DNA of 64,000 nt from Bordetella parapertussis (GTDB lineage Bacteria; Pseudomonadota; Gammaproteobacteria; Burkholderiales; SG8-39), in NCBI GenBank assembly GCA_945862265.1, contig CAMAXP010000002.1, positions 96,204 to 160,203 of the forward strand, given 5' to 3'. The notes beneath the pieces were generated by a model that was not told the DNA's origin, ran no database searches, and saw nothing but the letters and a program-made list of their open reading frames with translations. Numbering within the stretch: the first letter of the stretch is position 1; every line of letters begins with the position of its first letter. Below, one piece after another: positions 28,855-40,037 of this stretch. The position numbers and the translations under genes are program-made.

Positions 28855-29358
28855 TCAGACCTGTCCGCCGACCACGGTATCCACGAAAAGGTTACGCCGC
28901 CTGAAAGCCGCGGGTGAGTTGGTCAGCAGATGCAGCCGCAGGCTCGTCAGCCCGCTGGCGAAGGCCGGTTCCGCCAGGGGCGCGATCTCCCGCGTCCATG
29001 CCGGCGGTTTTGCGCCGCAGGTCGCGCAAACGTGCTCGACCATCGCTGCGACGGTGTTGGCAAGCTGCTCTGACAGCCCGGCGGGAGGCGGCAGCTCGAG
29101 GCCCTCTGCGAGTTCTGCGGGGGCAAGCTTCGCGAGCCATTGGCTGAGCGCGGCAAGCGGGAGGCGTTTGTCGTCCGAACGCAGGAGCTCTTGCAACAAC
29201 CCGCGCCACTGCCCGGCCCGGCCGGGCAGCAGCCTGCCGAGGACATAGGCAGACATCCCCAAGCCGGCTTGCCGCGCGGCGCGCTCGATCCTCGCCTTCT
29301 CGGACGGCGTGACGCGAATCTGCAGCTGCGCGGTTTTCATCGCGGCAGCATGCAACAA
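28855..29358 (-). CDS. ribbon-helix-helix domain protein with uncharacterised C-terminal domain
   Basis: N-terminus QLQIRVTPSEKARIERAARQAGLGMSAYVLGRL is MobC/RHH-like. The likely true start is the ATG at 29340 (MKTAQ...). The C-terminal ~120 aa has no family I recognise. Confidence 0.5.
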   Translation of the reverse strand: MLHAAAMKTAQLQIRVTPSEKARIERAARQAGLGMSAYVLGRLLPGRAGQWRGLLQELLRSDDKRLPLAALSQWLAKLAPAELAEGLELPPPAGLSEQLANTVAAMVEHVCATCGAKPPAWTREIAPLAEPAFASGLTSLRLHLLTNSPAAFRRRNLFVDTVVGGQV

Positions 29359-29520
29359 ATACGGGATTTATGTCAATACGCGTGTATTGACATAAGGATG
29401 GGGTCGGGAACGGCGAATTTCAGATTGAATGAAACTCGGATTGCCGCCCTGCAGCCACTGGTCCACTATCCCCGCAGGCCGCGATCCGCAGCGCCGAATT
29501 CACCAGCGGGGAAACGAGAC

Positions 29521-30528
29521 ATGACGATCGACATGCACGCGCACTGGGTGCCGCCGGCGCTGTCGGCCGAGTTGCGCGCCCGCAAGCTGCCGCCGCACAT
29601 CGTGCGCACGGAGTCGGGCGAAGAGATGCTCGACAACGGCGGCAAGCGCCTCATTCGCCTTCCCGAAGGGTTCGACGACACGCTCGCGGCGCGGCTGGCC
29701 GAGATGGACCACACGGGCGTCGAGCAGGGCCTGTTATCGCTCGCCACGCAGTACCACGTCGAGTGGCTGCCGCTCGGGGAGTCGCTGGCGCTCTGCCGGA
29801 TGTTCAACGACGCGGTGGCCGAAGCCTGCGCGGCGCACCCGGACCGCTTCAAGGCGCTGGCGCTGCTGCCGTTGGATATGCCGGCAGCGGTGGCCGAGTT
29901 CGAGCGCGCAATGGCGATGCCGGGCATGGCGGGCGCGCTGGTGCTGGGCGACGGGTTCCTGTCCAAGCGCCGGGCGGAGCGCTACCGGCCTCTCCTCGAG
30001 GCGGCGAACAAACGCAGTGCGATCCTCTTCGTGCACTACGGTCACCTGCCCGACGACCCCGAGGCGCCGCACTTCGACATGTCGGACAACATCTTCCAGC
30101 GCACGGTGACGCTCGACTTCCAGGCGCGCCTGTCGGCCAACATGGTGACGTTCTGCCTGACCGATCTCCTCGCGCAGTACCCGAACGTCACGGTGATGAG
30201 CCACAACCTCGGCGGCAACATCCCGTTCGAAGTGGAGCGCATGGACCACCGCGCGATCATCGCCGAAGGGCCCGGCACGGTGCTGCCTTCCGCGAAGTTC
30301 CGCGCCGCGCCGTTGCTCCTCGACAGCAATTCGCTCGGCCCGCGCGCGATCGAACTGGCCACCGAGGTGTACGGCGAAGGCAAGGTCGTGTTCGGCTCGG
30401 ATGGGTCGCTCTTCGGGGCGCGCTGGTCGTTCGACGCGATCGAAAAGGCGCGCATTCCGCAGTCCGCGAAGGACGCCATCCTGCGCGGCAATGCGCAGGC
30501 GGCGTTGTCCCGCGTAAGGAGGGTGTGA
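29521..30528 (+). CDS. amidohydrolase-2 family protein (ACMSD-like decarboxylase/hydrolase)
   Basis: ATG at 29521. MTIDMHAHWVPP is the metal-binding HxH start of the amidohydrolase_2 family. The ORF-track start at 29140 is rejected. Confidence 0.75.
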   Translation: MTIDMHAHWVPPALSAELRARKLPPHIVRTESGEEMLDNGGKRLIRLPEGFDDTLAARLAEMDHTGVEQGLLSLATQYHVEWLPLGESLALCRMFNDAVAEACAAHPDRFKALALLPLDMPAAVAEFERAMAMPGMAGALVLGDGFLSKRRAERYRPLLEAANKRSAILFVHYGHLPDDPEAPHFDMSDNIFQRTVTLDFQARLSANMVTFCLTDLLAQYPNVTVMSHNLGGNIPFEVERMDHRAIIAEGPGTVLPSAKFRAAPLLLDSNSLGPRAIELATEVYGEGKVVFGSDGSLFGARWSFDAIEKARIPQSAKDAILRGNAQAALSRVRRV

Positions 30529-30555
30529 CGTGCCGCGCGGCGTCCGTCCTGCGTC

Positions 30556-31452
30556 CTAGGTCCCGCGCCCCCACAGCCCGCAATACCGCCGGGCAATAAA
30601 CGGCAGCCCCGCCGCATACCCCGGCCAGCTGGCGTACTTATCGAGTTTGAATTCCTTCTCGGCCTGGTCCCAGCACTTGCCTTCGCGCGCGAGCACCTTC
30701 ATCTCGGCGGAGGCGTCCTTCAGCAGTTGCAACTGGTCCTCGGCGTCCTTCTTGGTGCCCAGCCGATCCCCCGGGCCGGGGTGACCGGGGATCAGCGTCG
30801 CCCAGTCCATCGCGGTGACGTCGGCGATGAACTTCTCGGCCTCGAGCGGGTGGAAGTCGATCATGCCGCGCCCGGGCACGGTGCCCACGGGGATGCTGTC
30901 GACCACGAACAGCACGCGCTCCTGCGGCAGGCGCATGACGAGCGTGGTGTCGGAGTGGTTGAGGCCCTTATAGCTCAGCTCGAGGATCGTGCCGCCCAGC
31001 CGGATCACGCGACCTTCGTCACCGACGACTTCATCGACCGGCACGGTGTGCGGGTCGGCGAGTTTGTCGAGGCGCTCCTTGGCCTTGCGATGCGCGATGA
31101 CGATGGCGCCCGCGTCCTTGAATGCCTTGCCGCCGGCGATGTGGTCGTAGTGGTGGTGGCTGTAGATCAGGTACTTGATCGGCTTGTCGGTGACCTTGCG
31201 GATCTCGTCGACGTACGCCTTGCCGCCGGTCGGGCGGCCGTAGGCAACGGGGTCTGTGGCGATCACGCCGTCGGGGGTCACGACGAACATGGCCTGGTGG
31301 TTGCCGTTGCGGAACACGTACACGTTGCTCGTGCCGGGGACCTGCGTTGTCTGGATGGCCGGACGGGCCGGGGCCGGGGCCTGGGCCTGGGCGGTGAATC
31401 CGGCGAGTGCGAGCAGCGCGGCGCCGAGGGCTTGAAGGGCTAAGCGGGACAT
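30556..31452 (-). CDS. secreted MBL-fold metallo-hydrolase
   Basis: 298 aa. Signal MSRLALQALGAALLALAGFTAQAQA and zinc motif YSHHHYDHIAGG. Confidence 0.8.
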   Translation of the reverse strand: MSRLALQALGAALLALAGFTAQAQAPAPARPAIQTTQVPGTSNVYVFRNGNHQAMFVVTPDGVIATDPVAYGRPTGGKAYVDEIRKVTDKPIKYLIYSHHHYDHIAGGKAFKDAGAIVIAHRKAKERLDKLADPHTVPVDEVVGDEGRVIRLGGTILELSYKGLNHSDTTLVMRLPQERVLFVVDSIPVGTVPGRGMIDFHPLEAEKFIADVTAMDWATLIPGHPGPGDRLGTKKDAEDQLQLLKDASAEMKVLAREGKCWDQAEKEFKLDKYASWPGYAAGLPFIARRYCGLWGRGT

Positions 31453-31581
31453 GGGGACACTCCTGAGAGAAAAAGTGTGAGGGGTTTGTACAACGGCTGA
31501 AGTCTACGAGAAACCGCGCATCGGTCAAGATGCACCGCAAGGTATATTGCCGGATGCAATTTCCATTCGGGCAACAAGGGC

Positions 31582-32754
31582 ATGCATAAGCGCTGGCTGG
31601 TCCTCGCGGTGCTTGCCTTTGCGCGCATCGCCATGGGGTTCCAGTTCCAGGCGGTGGCCTCGGTGTCGCCGTTCCTCGTTGAGGAATTCGGCATCGACTA
31701 TGCCTCCATCGGCACGCTGATCGGGCTGTACCTGCTGCCGGGCGTGGTGCTGGCGCTGCCCGGCGGGTGGCTCGGCCGGCGCTTCGGCGAAAAGCGCATG
31801 GTGCTTGGCGGCCTCGCGCTGATGGCCGTGGGTGGGGCGGTCAGCGCGTATGGTACGAGCTATGCAATCCTGGTGACGGGGCGCGTGCTGACCGGCGTGG
31901 GCGTGGTGCTGCAGTTCGTGCTGATGACCAAGATGCTGGCCGACTGGTTCAAGGGCAAGGAACTGGTCTTCGCGATGTCGCTCTACCTCAACGGCTGGCC
32001 CATCGGCATCGGCCTTGCGCTGGTCACCCAGGTCGGCCTCGCCGCCGCGCACTCCTGGCGCACGGTGTTCCTCGCCACGGCGGTGTTCTGCGCGTTCACG
32101 TTCGTGGTGCTCGCGCTGCTCTACCGCAGCCCGCCCGCGCAGAAGGCTGCGGCGGCGGACGCCTCCGACAGCCGCCTCACGCTGCGCGAGATCCTGATGG
32201 TCAGCTTCGCGGGACTGATCTGGACGTTCGTGAACGCCGGCTGGGTCATCACGGTGAGCTTCTCTCCGGGGTACCTGCGCTCGCAGGGCGTGGAGCTGAA
32301 CGAAGCGGCCACGGTGACCAGCCTCGCCACCTGGCTCGGCGTGATTGGCTTGCCCCTCGGGGGCTGGCTCGCGTCGCGGCTCGGCCGGCCGAACGCGTTC
32401 ATCGTCGCCTCCATGGCCATTGGCGGCCTTGCGGTGCTGGCCGTGCCTTTCACCTCCGCCTATGCGCTGTGCTTTTCGGTCATCGGCCTGATCATCTTCC
32501 TGCCCGCGGGCATCATGGCGGCCCTGCCGATCGAGGTGCTGCGCCCGGAAAGCCGGGCGATGGGTCTCGGCCTCTTCTACACGTGGTGGTACGCGGGCAT
32601 GGCGGCGCTGCCGCCGCTCGGCGGCTGGTCGTACGACGTCACCGGCAACCCCGCCGCACCGATCCTGTGCGCCGCCGCCTTTGTGTTCATGACGCTCGTA
32701 GCGCTGCTGTGTTTCCGCCTCTGCCAGCGCATGCCGGCGGGACGTTCCGCATAG
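31582..32754 (+). CDS. MFS transporter
   Basis: 390 aa with about 12 TM segments and an MFS loop motif GWLGRRFGEKRM. Confidence 0.8.
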   Translation: MHKRWLVLAVLAFARIAMGFQFQAVASVSPFLVEEFGIDYASIGTLIGLYLLPGVVLALPGGWLGRRFGEKRMVLGGLALMAVGGAVSAYGTSYAILVTGRVLTGVGVVLQFVLMTKMLADWFKGKELVFAMSLYLNGWPIGIGLALVTQVGLAAAHSWRTVFLATAVFCAFTFVVLALLYRSPPAQKAAAADASDSRLTLREILMVSFAGLIWTFVNAGWVITVSFSPGYLRSQGVELNEAATVTSLATWLGVIGLPLGGWLASRLGRPNAFIVASMAIGGLAVLAVPFTSAYALCFSVIGLIIFLPAGIMAALPIEVLRPESRAMGLGLFYTWWYAGMAALPPLGGWSYDVTGNPAAPILCAAAFVFMTLVALLCFRLCQRMPAGRSA

Positions 32755-32757
32755 CGG

Positions 32758-33738
32758 TCACCTATCCCCGGCCAGCACCTTCGGGTTCACCACGTTGGCC
32801 GGCTTGCCGGCCGCGTAGGCGAGGATCTGATCGAAGATGTCGGTGAACTGCAGGTCGTACTCGTCGCGCGTCACGTAGCCGATGTGCGGCGTGCAGATGA
32901 CGTTGTCCATCTTCAGCAACGGGTCCTCGACATCCGTCAGGGGCTCCTTTTCGTAGACGTCGACCGCAGCCCGTCCCGGGCGTCCTGCGCGCAGGGCTTC
33001 CACCAGCGCACCCGGCGCGATCAGTGGCGCGCGGCTGGTGTTGACGAGGATCGCCGAAGGCTTCATCAGCGCGAGGTCTGCCGCCGTCACGATGCCGCGC
33101 GTGTCCGGCACGAGGCGCATGTGGAGCGACAGGATGTCGCTCTGCTCGAAGAATTCCTTCTTTGAGGCGGCGGCCGAATACCCTTCGGCCACGGCGCGCG
33201 CTCGGGCTTCTTCGCGAGCCCAGACCAGCACCTTCATGCCGAAAGCCTTGCCGTAGCCCGCCACCGCCTGCGCGATGCGGCCGTAGCCGTAGAGGCCGAG
33301 CGTCTTGCCGCGCATCGTGTCGCCTACGCCGACCTGCCACTGGCCGGCCTTCAGCGCCGCCATCTGTTGCGGCAGGCTGCGGGCCGCCGCCTGCGCGAGC
33401 GCCCAGGTGAGTTCCGCGGCCGCATAGCAGGGCGTGCCGGGGTGCTGGTCGGAGGAGACGATGATGCCCTTGGCGGTGCAGGCGTCGATGTCGATGTGCG
33501 GGTAGACGCTGCGCTGGCTGATGAGTCTGAGCTTGTCGAGCCGTTCGACCAGCGGCGCACGGATCTGCGTGCGCTCGCGGATCAGCACAAGCGCCTCGGT
33601 ATCCTTCAGCCGCTCCGCCAGCGTGCCCACATCCTGCACGTGGTCGTTCCAGATCGTCACGCTGTGGCCCGCCAGCTTTGCAAAGCACGGCAGCGTGCGG
33701 ATCGTGTCGAAGTAATCGTCGAGGATCGTGATGTTCAT
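32758..33738 (-). CDS. D-isomer-specific 2-hydroxyacid dehydrogenase
   Basis: 326 aa. NAD motif [12 protein letters not shown] and catalytic region TPHIGYVT. Confidence 0.85.
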   Translation of the reverse strand: MNITILDDYFDTIRTLPCFAKLAGHSVTIWNDHVQDVGTLAERLKDTEALVLIRERTQIRAPLVERLDKLRLISQRSVYPHIDIDACTAKGIIVSSDQHPGTPCYAAAELTWALAQAAARSLPQQMAALKAGQWQVGVGDTMRGKTLGLYGYGRIAQAVAGYGKAFGMKVLVWAREEARARAVAEGYSAAASKKEFFEQSDILSLHMRLVPDTRGIVTAADLALMKPSAILVNTSRAPLIAPGALVEALRAGRPGRAAVDVYEKEPLTDVEDPLLKMDNVICTPHIGYVTRDEYDLQFTDIFDQILAYAAGKPANVVNPKVLAGDR

Positions 33739-33816
33739 GGCGTTCCAGATTGAATCGGGGACAGACCCCGATTGTTCCGATTGTTTCGCCGATTGAGACG
33801 TAAGCGCCCGGGGTGG

Positions 33817-34647
33817 CTACTTCTTCTCGGGCGGCTTCTTGCCGTCTTTCGGGGGCGTCAGGCCGAGCACGGCCTTGACCGCGGTGACCAGCACCTCGGC
33901 CTCGAAGGGCTTGGTGACGTAGCCGTCGGCGCCCAGGTTCAGGCCGCGCAGCACCGCCGCGCGGGTCGCTTCGCCCGTCAGCATGATCACCGGCAGGTTC
34001 TTCAGCACCGGGTGTTGGCGCAACCGGCCGAGGATGTCGAAGCCGTCCGCGTCGGGCAGGTGGACGTCGAGCAGCACCAGGTCGGGCGTGGGCTGCATGC
34101 GGAAGGCAATCGCAATGTCGTCGCGCTTGAGCGCACCGCGCACTTTGAAACCTTCAAGCACGAAGTAGGTGCGGATCAGCTTCTGCAGGTCGATGTCGTC
34201 GTCGACCACCAGCACGGTCGGCTGCCAGTCGGCCTTGCGCTCGACTGCATCGGCCTGGCGCCGGGCGATGCGCACGTAGTAGCCGCGCTGCCTGAGGATC
34301 GAGGCGCCGCCCTCGGCCTCGGGGTTGGTGTCGTTCTTCAGGCTGCTGAAAAAGCCTGCGGGCACGGTGATCGTCGAGAAGCCGGACGAGTTGACGTCGG
34401 ATTCGGGCTCGATCGTGTTCACGATGTATTTGGCCAGGGCCAGCTTGAGCACCGCCGCGCTGACCTCGTCCCGGGAGGTCTCGGGAACGATGTCCGCCAC
34501 GGCCGCCACCGGCAGGAGGCCGTCGAGCAGCACCAGCACCTGCAGCTCGGCCACGGACATCTGCGTGTCGGCGGATTTGAGCTCCTTCACCCCTTTTTCG
34601 GTCAGGGCAAAGACGTCGTCGTCGCGGACTACGGTGATTTTGGCCAT
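33817..34647 (-). CDS. response regulator: C-terminal receiver domain with uncharacterised N-terminal domain
   Basis: ATG at 34647 (MAKITVV...). The C-terminal REC domain has VLVVDDD, LLDVHLPDADG and YVTKPF. No DNA-binding output domain was seen. The ORF-track start at 34908 is rejected. Confidence 0.7.
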   Translation of the reverse strand: MAKITVVRDDDVFALTEKGVKELKSADTQMSVAELQVLVLLDGLLPVAAVADIVPETSRDEVSAAVLKLALAKYIVNTIEPESDVNSSGFSTITVPAGFFSSLKNDTNPEAEGGASILRQRGYYVRIARRQADAVERKADWQPTVLVVDDDIDLQKLIRTYFVLEGFKVRGALKRDDIAIAFRMQPTPDLVLLDVHLPDADGFDILGRLRQHPVLKNLPVIMLTGEATRAAVLRGLNLGADGYVTKPFEAEVLVTAVKAVLGLTPPKDGKKPPEKK

Positions 34648-34762
34648 AGTTCCATCATAGGCCAAAACCGGCCCACCGGTCGTCAGGGACACGCAAGAAC
34701 GGTGTGCGGGCCCGGAGTGGCGTAGAGTCACTCTTTTGCGCACAAAAAAGGGGAATTCACGC

Positions 34763-35563
34763 ATGCGTCTCAATCGCCTCAAGCAGCTCTGGAGCGAAGG
34801 CAAGCCCGTCGTTGGCGGCTTCCTGTCGATCCCGCACACCCTGTCGGCCGAAATGATGGCCCACACCGGCCTCGACTGGCTGTGCATCGACATGCAGCAC
34901 GGCTGCATCGACTACTCGGACGCAGTGCACATGCTCGCCGCGATCTCGACCACGGCGGTGACGCCCATCGTGCGGGTGCCCTGGAACGAGCCCTCGATGA
35001 TCATGAAGGCGCTGGACGCGGGCGCCTACGGCGTCATCGTGCCGATGGTGAGCAACCGCGCCGAGGCCGAGCGTGCCGTCGCCGCCTGCCGCTACCCGCC
35101 GAAGGGGATCCGCAGCAACGGCCCCAACCGCGCGGCGCTGTATGGCGGCGCCGACTACCAGAAGCACGCCGACAACGAGATGCTCTGCATCGTGATGATC
35201 GAGACCGCCGAAGGAGTCGAGAAGATGGAGGAGATCATCTCCACGCCGGGCGTGGATGCGGTCTACATCGGGCCGACGGACCTCGCGCTGGCGCTGGGCC
35301 TGCCGCCGGTGATGGACAACGACGATCCCAAGCACGTGGCCACGGTGAACAAGATCCTGGAACTGTGCCGCAAGCACAAGGTGATCGCGGCCATGCACAC
35401 GATGAGCGCGAAGTACACGCAGCGCTACATCGACCAGGGTTTCCAGATGGTGATGCTGACCGCCGACCGCATCGCGATGTCGAACTTCGTGAAGGCCGAG
35501 GTCGCGAAGCTCACCGGCTGGACGCCGCTGGTGCCCACCGAGGCGCCGCGGCGCAACGGTTAG
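34763..35563 (+). CDS. HpcH/HpaI-family aldolase
   Basis: ATG at 34763. Class II pyruvate aldolase TIM-barrel pattern (GLDWLCIDMQHG, IVMIETAEGV, YIGPTDLA). Confidence 0.8.
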   Translation: MRLNRLKQLWSEGKPVVGGFLSIPHTLSAEMMAHTGLDWLCIDMQHGCIDYSDAVHMLAAISTTAVTPIVRVPWNEPSMIMKALDAGAYGVIVPMVSNRAEAERAVAACRYPPKGIRSNGPNRAALYGGADYQKHADNEMLCIVMIETAEGVEKMEEIISTPGVDAVYIGPTDLALALGLPPVMDNDDPKHVATVNKILELCRKHKVIAAMHTMSAKYTQRYIDQGFQMVMLTADRIAMSNFVKAEVAKLTGWTPLVPTEAPRRNG

Positions 35564-35579
35564 TGCGGGCGGGGCCGGC

Positions 35580-36740
35580 ATGACCTTGCGCGTACGCATC
35601 CATTCGCTGCTCGACCCTGCGAGCGACGGGCATGCCGCCCGCCGAATACGCGAGTTTGAGGTGGCGTTGATCCTGGTCGGGATCTCGTCGGTGTCGGCCG
35701 GCACGGTCGACGGTTTGTCGCCTGGGGCGCGGCTGTTGGCCGCGCTGGTGACCGGCGTCGTCGCGGCGTTGTTTTTCGCCGAATACCTGGCGCGGCTCTG
35801 GGTCGCGCCGGAGAATCCGCCCCTGCATCACAGCAGCCCGGCCAACGCGCGGATGCGCTGGGTGCTGTCGGTCGAAGGCATCATCGACCTCCTTGCCGTC
35901 CTGCCTGCCGTGGCGGTGGCCTATGGCGGCGCGCGGCTCGGCGCGGAATCGGCTTCGGTGTTCGTGCTGCTGTGGGTGTTGAAGCTCGCAACGCACGCGC
36001 AGGGCGCGGGCCTGATTGCGCGCGTGCTCCACAACGAGCGGTCGGCGCTTTCGGCCGCAGCGGCGCTGTTCCTCATCGTCCTCTTCTCGGCTGCGACGAT
36101 CGCGCACTGGCTCGAGGGCGAGCGCCAGCCCGAGCATTTCGGCAGTATTCCCGCCTCCCTGTGGTGGGCGGTGGTGACGCTCACCACGACCGGCTATGGC
36201 GATGTGGTGCCGCTCAGCGCCGCGGGTCGCATGCTGGGCGGGCTGGTGATGCTCTGCGGGATCTGCGTGCTCGCGCTGCTTGCGGGGATCCTCGCCAACG
36301 GCTTTGCGGCCGAGGTGCGGCGGCGCGAGTTCGTGCGCATCTGGGAGCTGGTGGCGCGCGTGCCGTTCTTCGCCGACACCGGCGCGATCGCCATCTCGGA
36401 CATCGTGGACCGGCTGCGTTCGCGCAGCTACCCGAGGGGCGCGACGGTGATTCGCAAGGGCGCGGCCGGCGACTCGATGTTCTTCATCGTCTCGGGTGAG
36501 GTGGAGGTGCGCGTGGGCGAGCGTACGCTGGCGTTGCGCGACGGCGATTTCTTCGGCGAGATGGCGCTGCTCGACCGCAAGCCCCGCTCGGCGGACGTGA
36601 CTGCCTTGTCGCCGCTCACGGTGCTGGTGCTGAACGTGGTGGACTTCTACCAGCTCGCCGGCCAGCAGCCCAAGCTCATTGCGGCCATCGAGGCCGAGGC
36701 GGTGCGGCGGCGCTCGACTGACCTGCAGGCGCCGGCCTAG
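35580..36740 (+). CDS. cyclic-nucleotide-gated potassium channel (MlotiK1-like)
   Basis: 386 aa. K+ selectivity filter TLTTTGYGD and a C-terminal cNMP-binding domain (FFGEMALLD...RSADV). Confidence 0.85.
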   Translation: MTLRVRIHSLLDPASDGHAARRIREFEVALILVGISSVSAGTVDGLSPGARLLAALVTGVVAALFFAEYLARLWVAPENPPLHHSSPANARMRWVLSVEGIIDLLAVLPAVAVAYGGARLGAESASVFVLLWVLKLATHAQGAGLIARVLHNERSALSAAAALFLIVLFSAATIAHWLEGERQPEHFGSIPASLWWAVVTLTTTGYGDVVPLSAAGRMLGGLVMLCGICVLALLAGILANGFAAEVRRREFVRIWELVARVPFFADTGAIAISDIVDRLRSRSYPRGATVIRKGAAGDSMFFIVSGEVEVRVGERTLALRDGDFFGEMALLDRKPRSADVTALSPLTVLVLNVVDFYQLAGQQPKLIAAIEAEAVRRRSTDLQAPA

Positions 36741-36744
36741 CTCC

Positions 36745-36866
36745 TCGGAGCGCGGCGCCGCAGTGGAGGCGGCGATGCTGTAGGAGGGCGCGGTGCCCGC
36801 CACGCCGATGGCCACCGCGTGGGTGAGGCCGAGAGCGTCCTTGCGCAGGCCGGGTTCTTCGCTCAC
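36745..36866 (-). pseudogene. 5' stub of an APC-family amino acid permease gene
   Basis: MSEEPGLRKDALGLTHAVAIGVAGTAPSYSIAAS looks like an APC permease N-terminus. The reading frame then runs antisense into the K+ channel gene, so only about 40 codons are credible. Confidence 0.4.
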
Positions 36867-36983
36867 GGCAGCACCTGGCCCTGAGTCAACTCAATGGCGG
36901 ATCTCGCGTTACTGGGATTCATCGTTCCTATCTTATCCCGCCCGACGGACTGTCACTTGAGTATGTATTTATTTTGATACACT

Positions 36984-37058
36984 ATGGCCGCGCCCGAAAA
37001 AATGCTGCCTGTCCGATTTTTTCGAACTCGCGAGGGGCGTGAGCCTGTTTTCTGCTGA
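36984..37058 (+). pseudogene. truncated gp49/HigB-like toxin gene (24-codon stub)
   Basis: MAAPEKMLPVRFFRTREGREPVFC*. PVRFFRTREGREPV matches the conserved N-terminus of gp49-like RelE/HigB toxins. It stops after 24 codons, 19 nt before the antitoxin ATG. Confidence 0.5.
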
Positions 37059-37077
37059 AGCCGGCAAAGGAGTGAAG

Positions 37078-37374
37078 ATGGCGCGCAAGAAGACCAATCC
37101 CCACGTGGGGAGCGATTTCGAGGACTTCCTTCGAGAGCAGGGTCGCCTCGAGGAGTCCACCGCGCTCGCGATAAAGCGGGTCCTCGCCTGGGAGTTTCAG
37201 CAGGCCATGGAAAAAGCTGACGTCAGCCAGGCAGAGATGGCGCGTCGCATGCATACCAGTCGCGCCGTGATCCGGCGGCTGCTGGATGCGAACGATTCGT
37301 CGATCACGCTATCGACGATGAGCAAGGCGGCGACAGCACTTGGGAAGAGTTTGCGGCTGAAGCTCGCGGCCTGA
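37078..37374 (+). CDS. XRE-family HTH antitoxin-like protein (orphan)
   Basis: ATG at 37078 behind AAAGGAG. HTH segment VSQAEMARRMHTSRAVIRRLL. Sits where a HigA partner of a gp49-type toxin would be. Confidence 0.65.
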   Translation: MARKKTNPHVGSDFEDFLREQGRLEESTALAIKRVLAWEFQQAMEKADVSQAEMARRMHTSRAVIRRLLDANDSSITLSTMSKAATALGKSLRLKLAA

Positions 37375-37401
37375 CATGCTGTTCATCACTGCAGTTCGCA
37401 A

Positions 37402-38555
37402 ATGCGCCTAGATACTGCACTCTCGATCGCCGACCTCGCGGCCGCGGCGCGCCGCCGGCTGCCGGCGAGCATCCATGGCTATGTCAGCGGCGGGTCCGAG
37501 GACCAGGCCTCGCTCGAGGGCAACCGCGCCGCGTTCGGCCGCTGGCGTTTCGTGCCACGGATGCTGGTCGACGTGTCGAAGCGCTCGCAGTCGGTAGAGA
37601 TTTTCGGCGTCACGCACGCCTCGCCGGTGGGGATCGCGCCGATGGGCGTATCGGGCCTGTGCTGCTTTGACGGTGACATCGCGCTGGCCCGCGCTGCGGT
37701 GGCGGCGGGCGTGCCTTCGGTGCTGAGCGCCGCGTCCACGGTGCCGCTGGAACGAGTGATGGCCGAGGCGCCGGGCACCTGGTACCAGGCCTACCTGCCG
37801 GCGCAGAAGGAGGTGATCGGCCCGTTGCTCGAGCGCCTCAAGGCTGCCGGGGTCGGCGTGCTGGTGCTGACGCTCGACGTGCAGGTCGCCTCGGTGCGCG
37901 AGAACGAAGTGCGCAACGGGTTCAGCGTCCCGCTGCGCTTCACGCCCAAGCTGGTGATCGGCGGCATGCTGCGCCCGCGCTGGATGGTCGAGACTTTTGC
38001 CCGCACGCTGCTCTCGCGCGGCATCCCGCATTTCGAGAATTTCACCGCCGAGCGCGGCGGTCGCATCATTACTGCGGCCAAGGGCGACCACCGCGCAGGC
38101 CGCGCGGCAATGACCTGGGACGAGGTGCAGTGGATCCGCGAGCGCTGGCCCGGCAAGCTGGTGCTCAAGGGCGTCCTGCACGCTGCGGATGCGCTGCGCG
38201 CGAGGCAGACCGGTTGCGACGGCGTGATCGTCTCCAACCACGGCGGCCGCCAGCTCGACGGCGCGATCGCCACATTGGATGCGCTGCCGGCCATCGTGGC
38301 CGCGGCGCCCGGCTGGCCCGTGATGCTCGACGGCGGGGTGCGCCGCGGGACGGATGTGCTGAAGGCGCTGGCCCTCGGGGCACGGCTCGTGTTCGTAGGA
38401 CGGCCCGCGATGTACGGCCTCGCGGTGGGCGGCGAGGCGGGCGTGGCGCGTGCGCTGGAATTGCTCAGGCGCGAAGTGGACACCGACCTCGCGCTGCTCG
38501 GCTGTCCCGACGTGCGGTCCCTCTCGTCGGAGACCCTGGCCCCCGCCGCTCGTCC

Positions 38556-38559
<4 letters not shown>
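37402..38559 (+). CDS. FMN-dependent alpha-hydroxy acid dehydrogenase/oxidase (LldD / glycolate oxidase family)
   Basis: 385 aa. Family motifs SNHGGRQLD and GVRRGTDVLKALALGA. Confidence 0.85.
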
Positions 38560-39950
<1,391 letters not shown>

Positions 39951-40037
39951 GCGCGATAGTAAGGCCAATTGGCGGGATGGCCGAATCTGCGGCACCATGC
40001 CGGTCGATTCCCACTGTACGAAAGGCCCGATTCCTCC

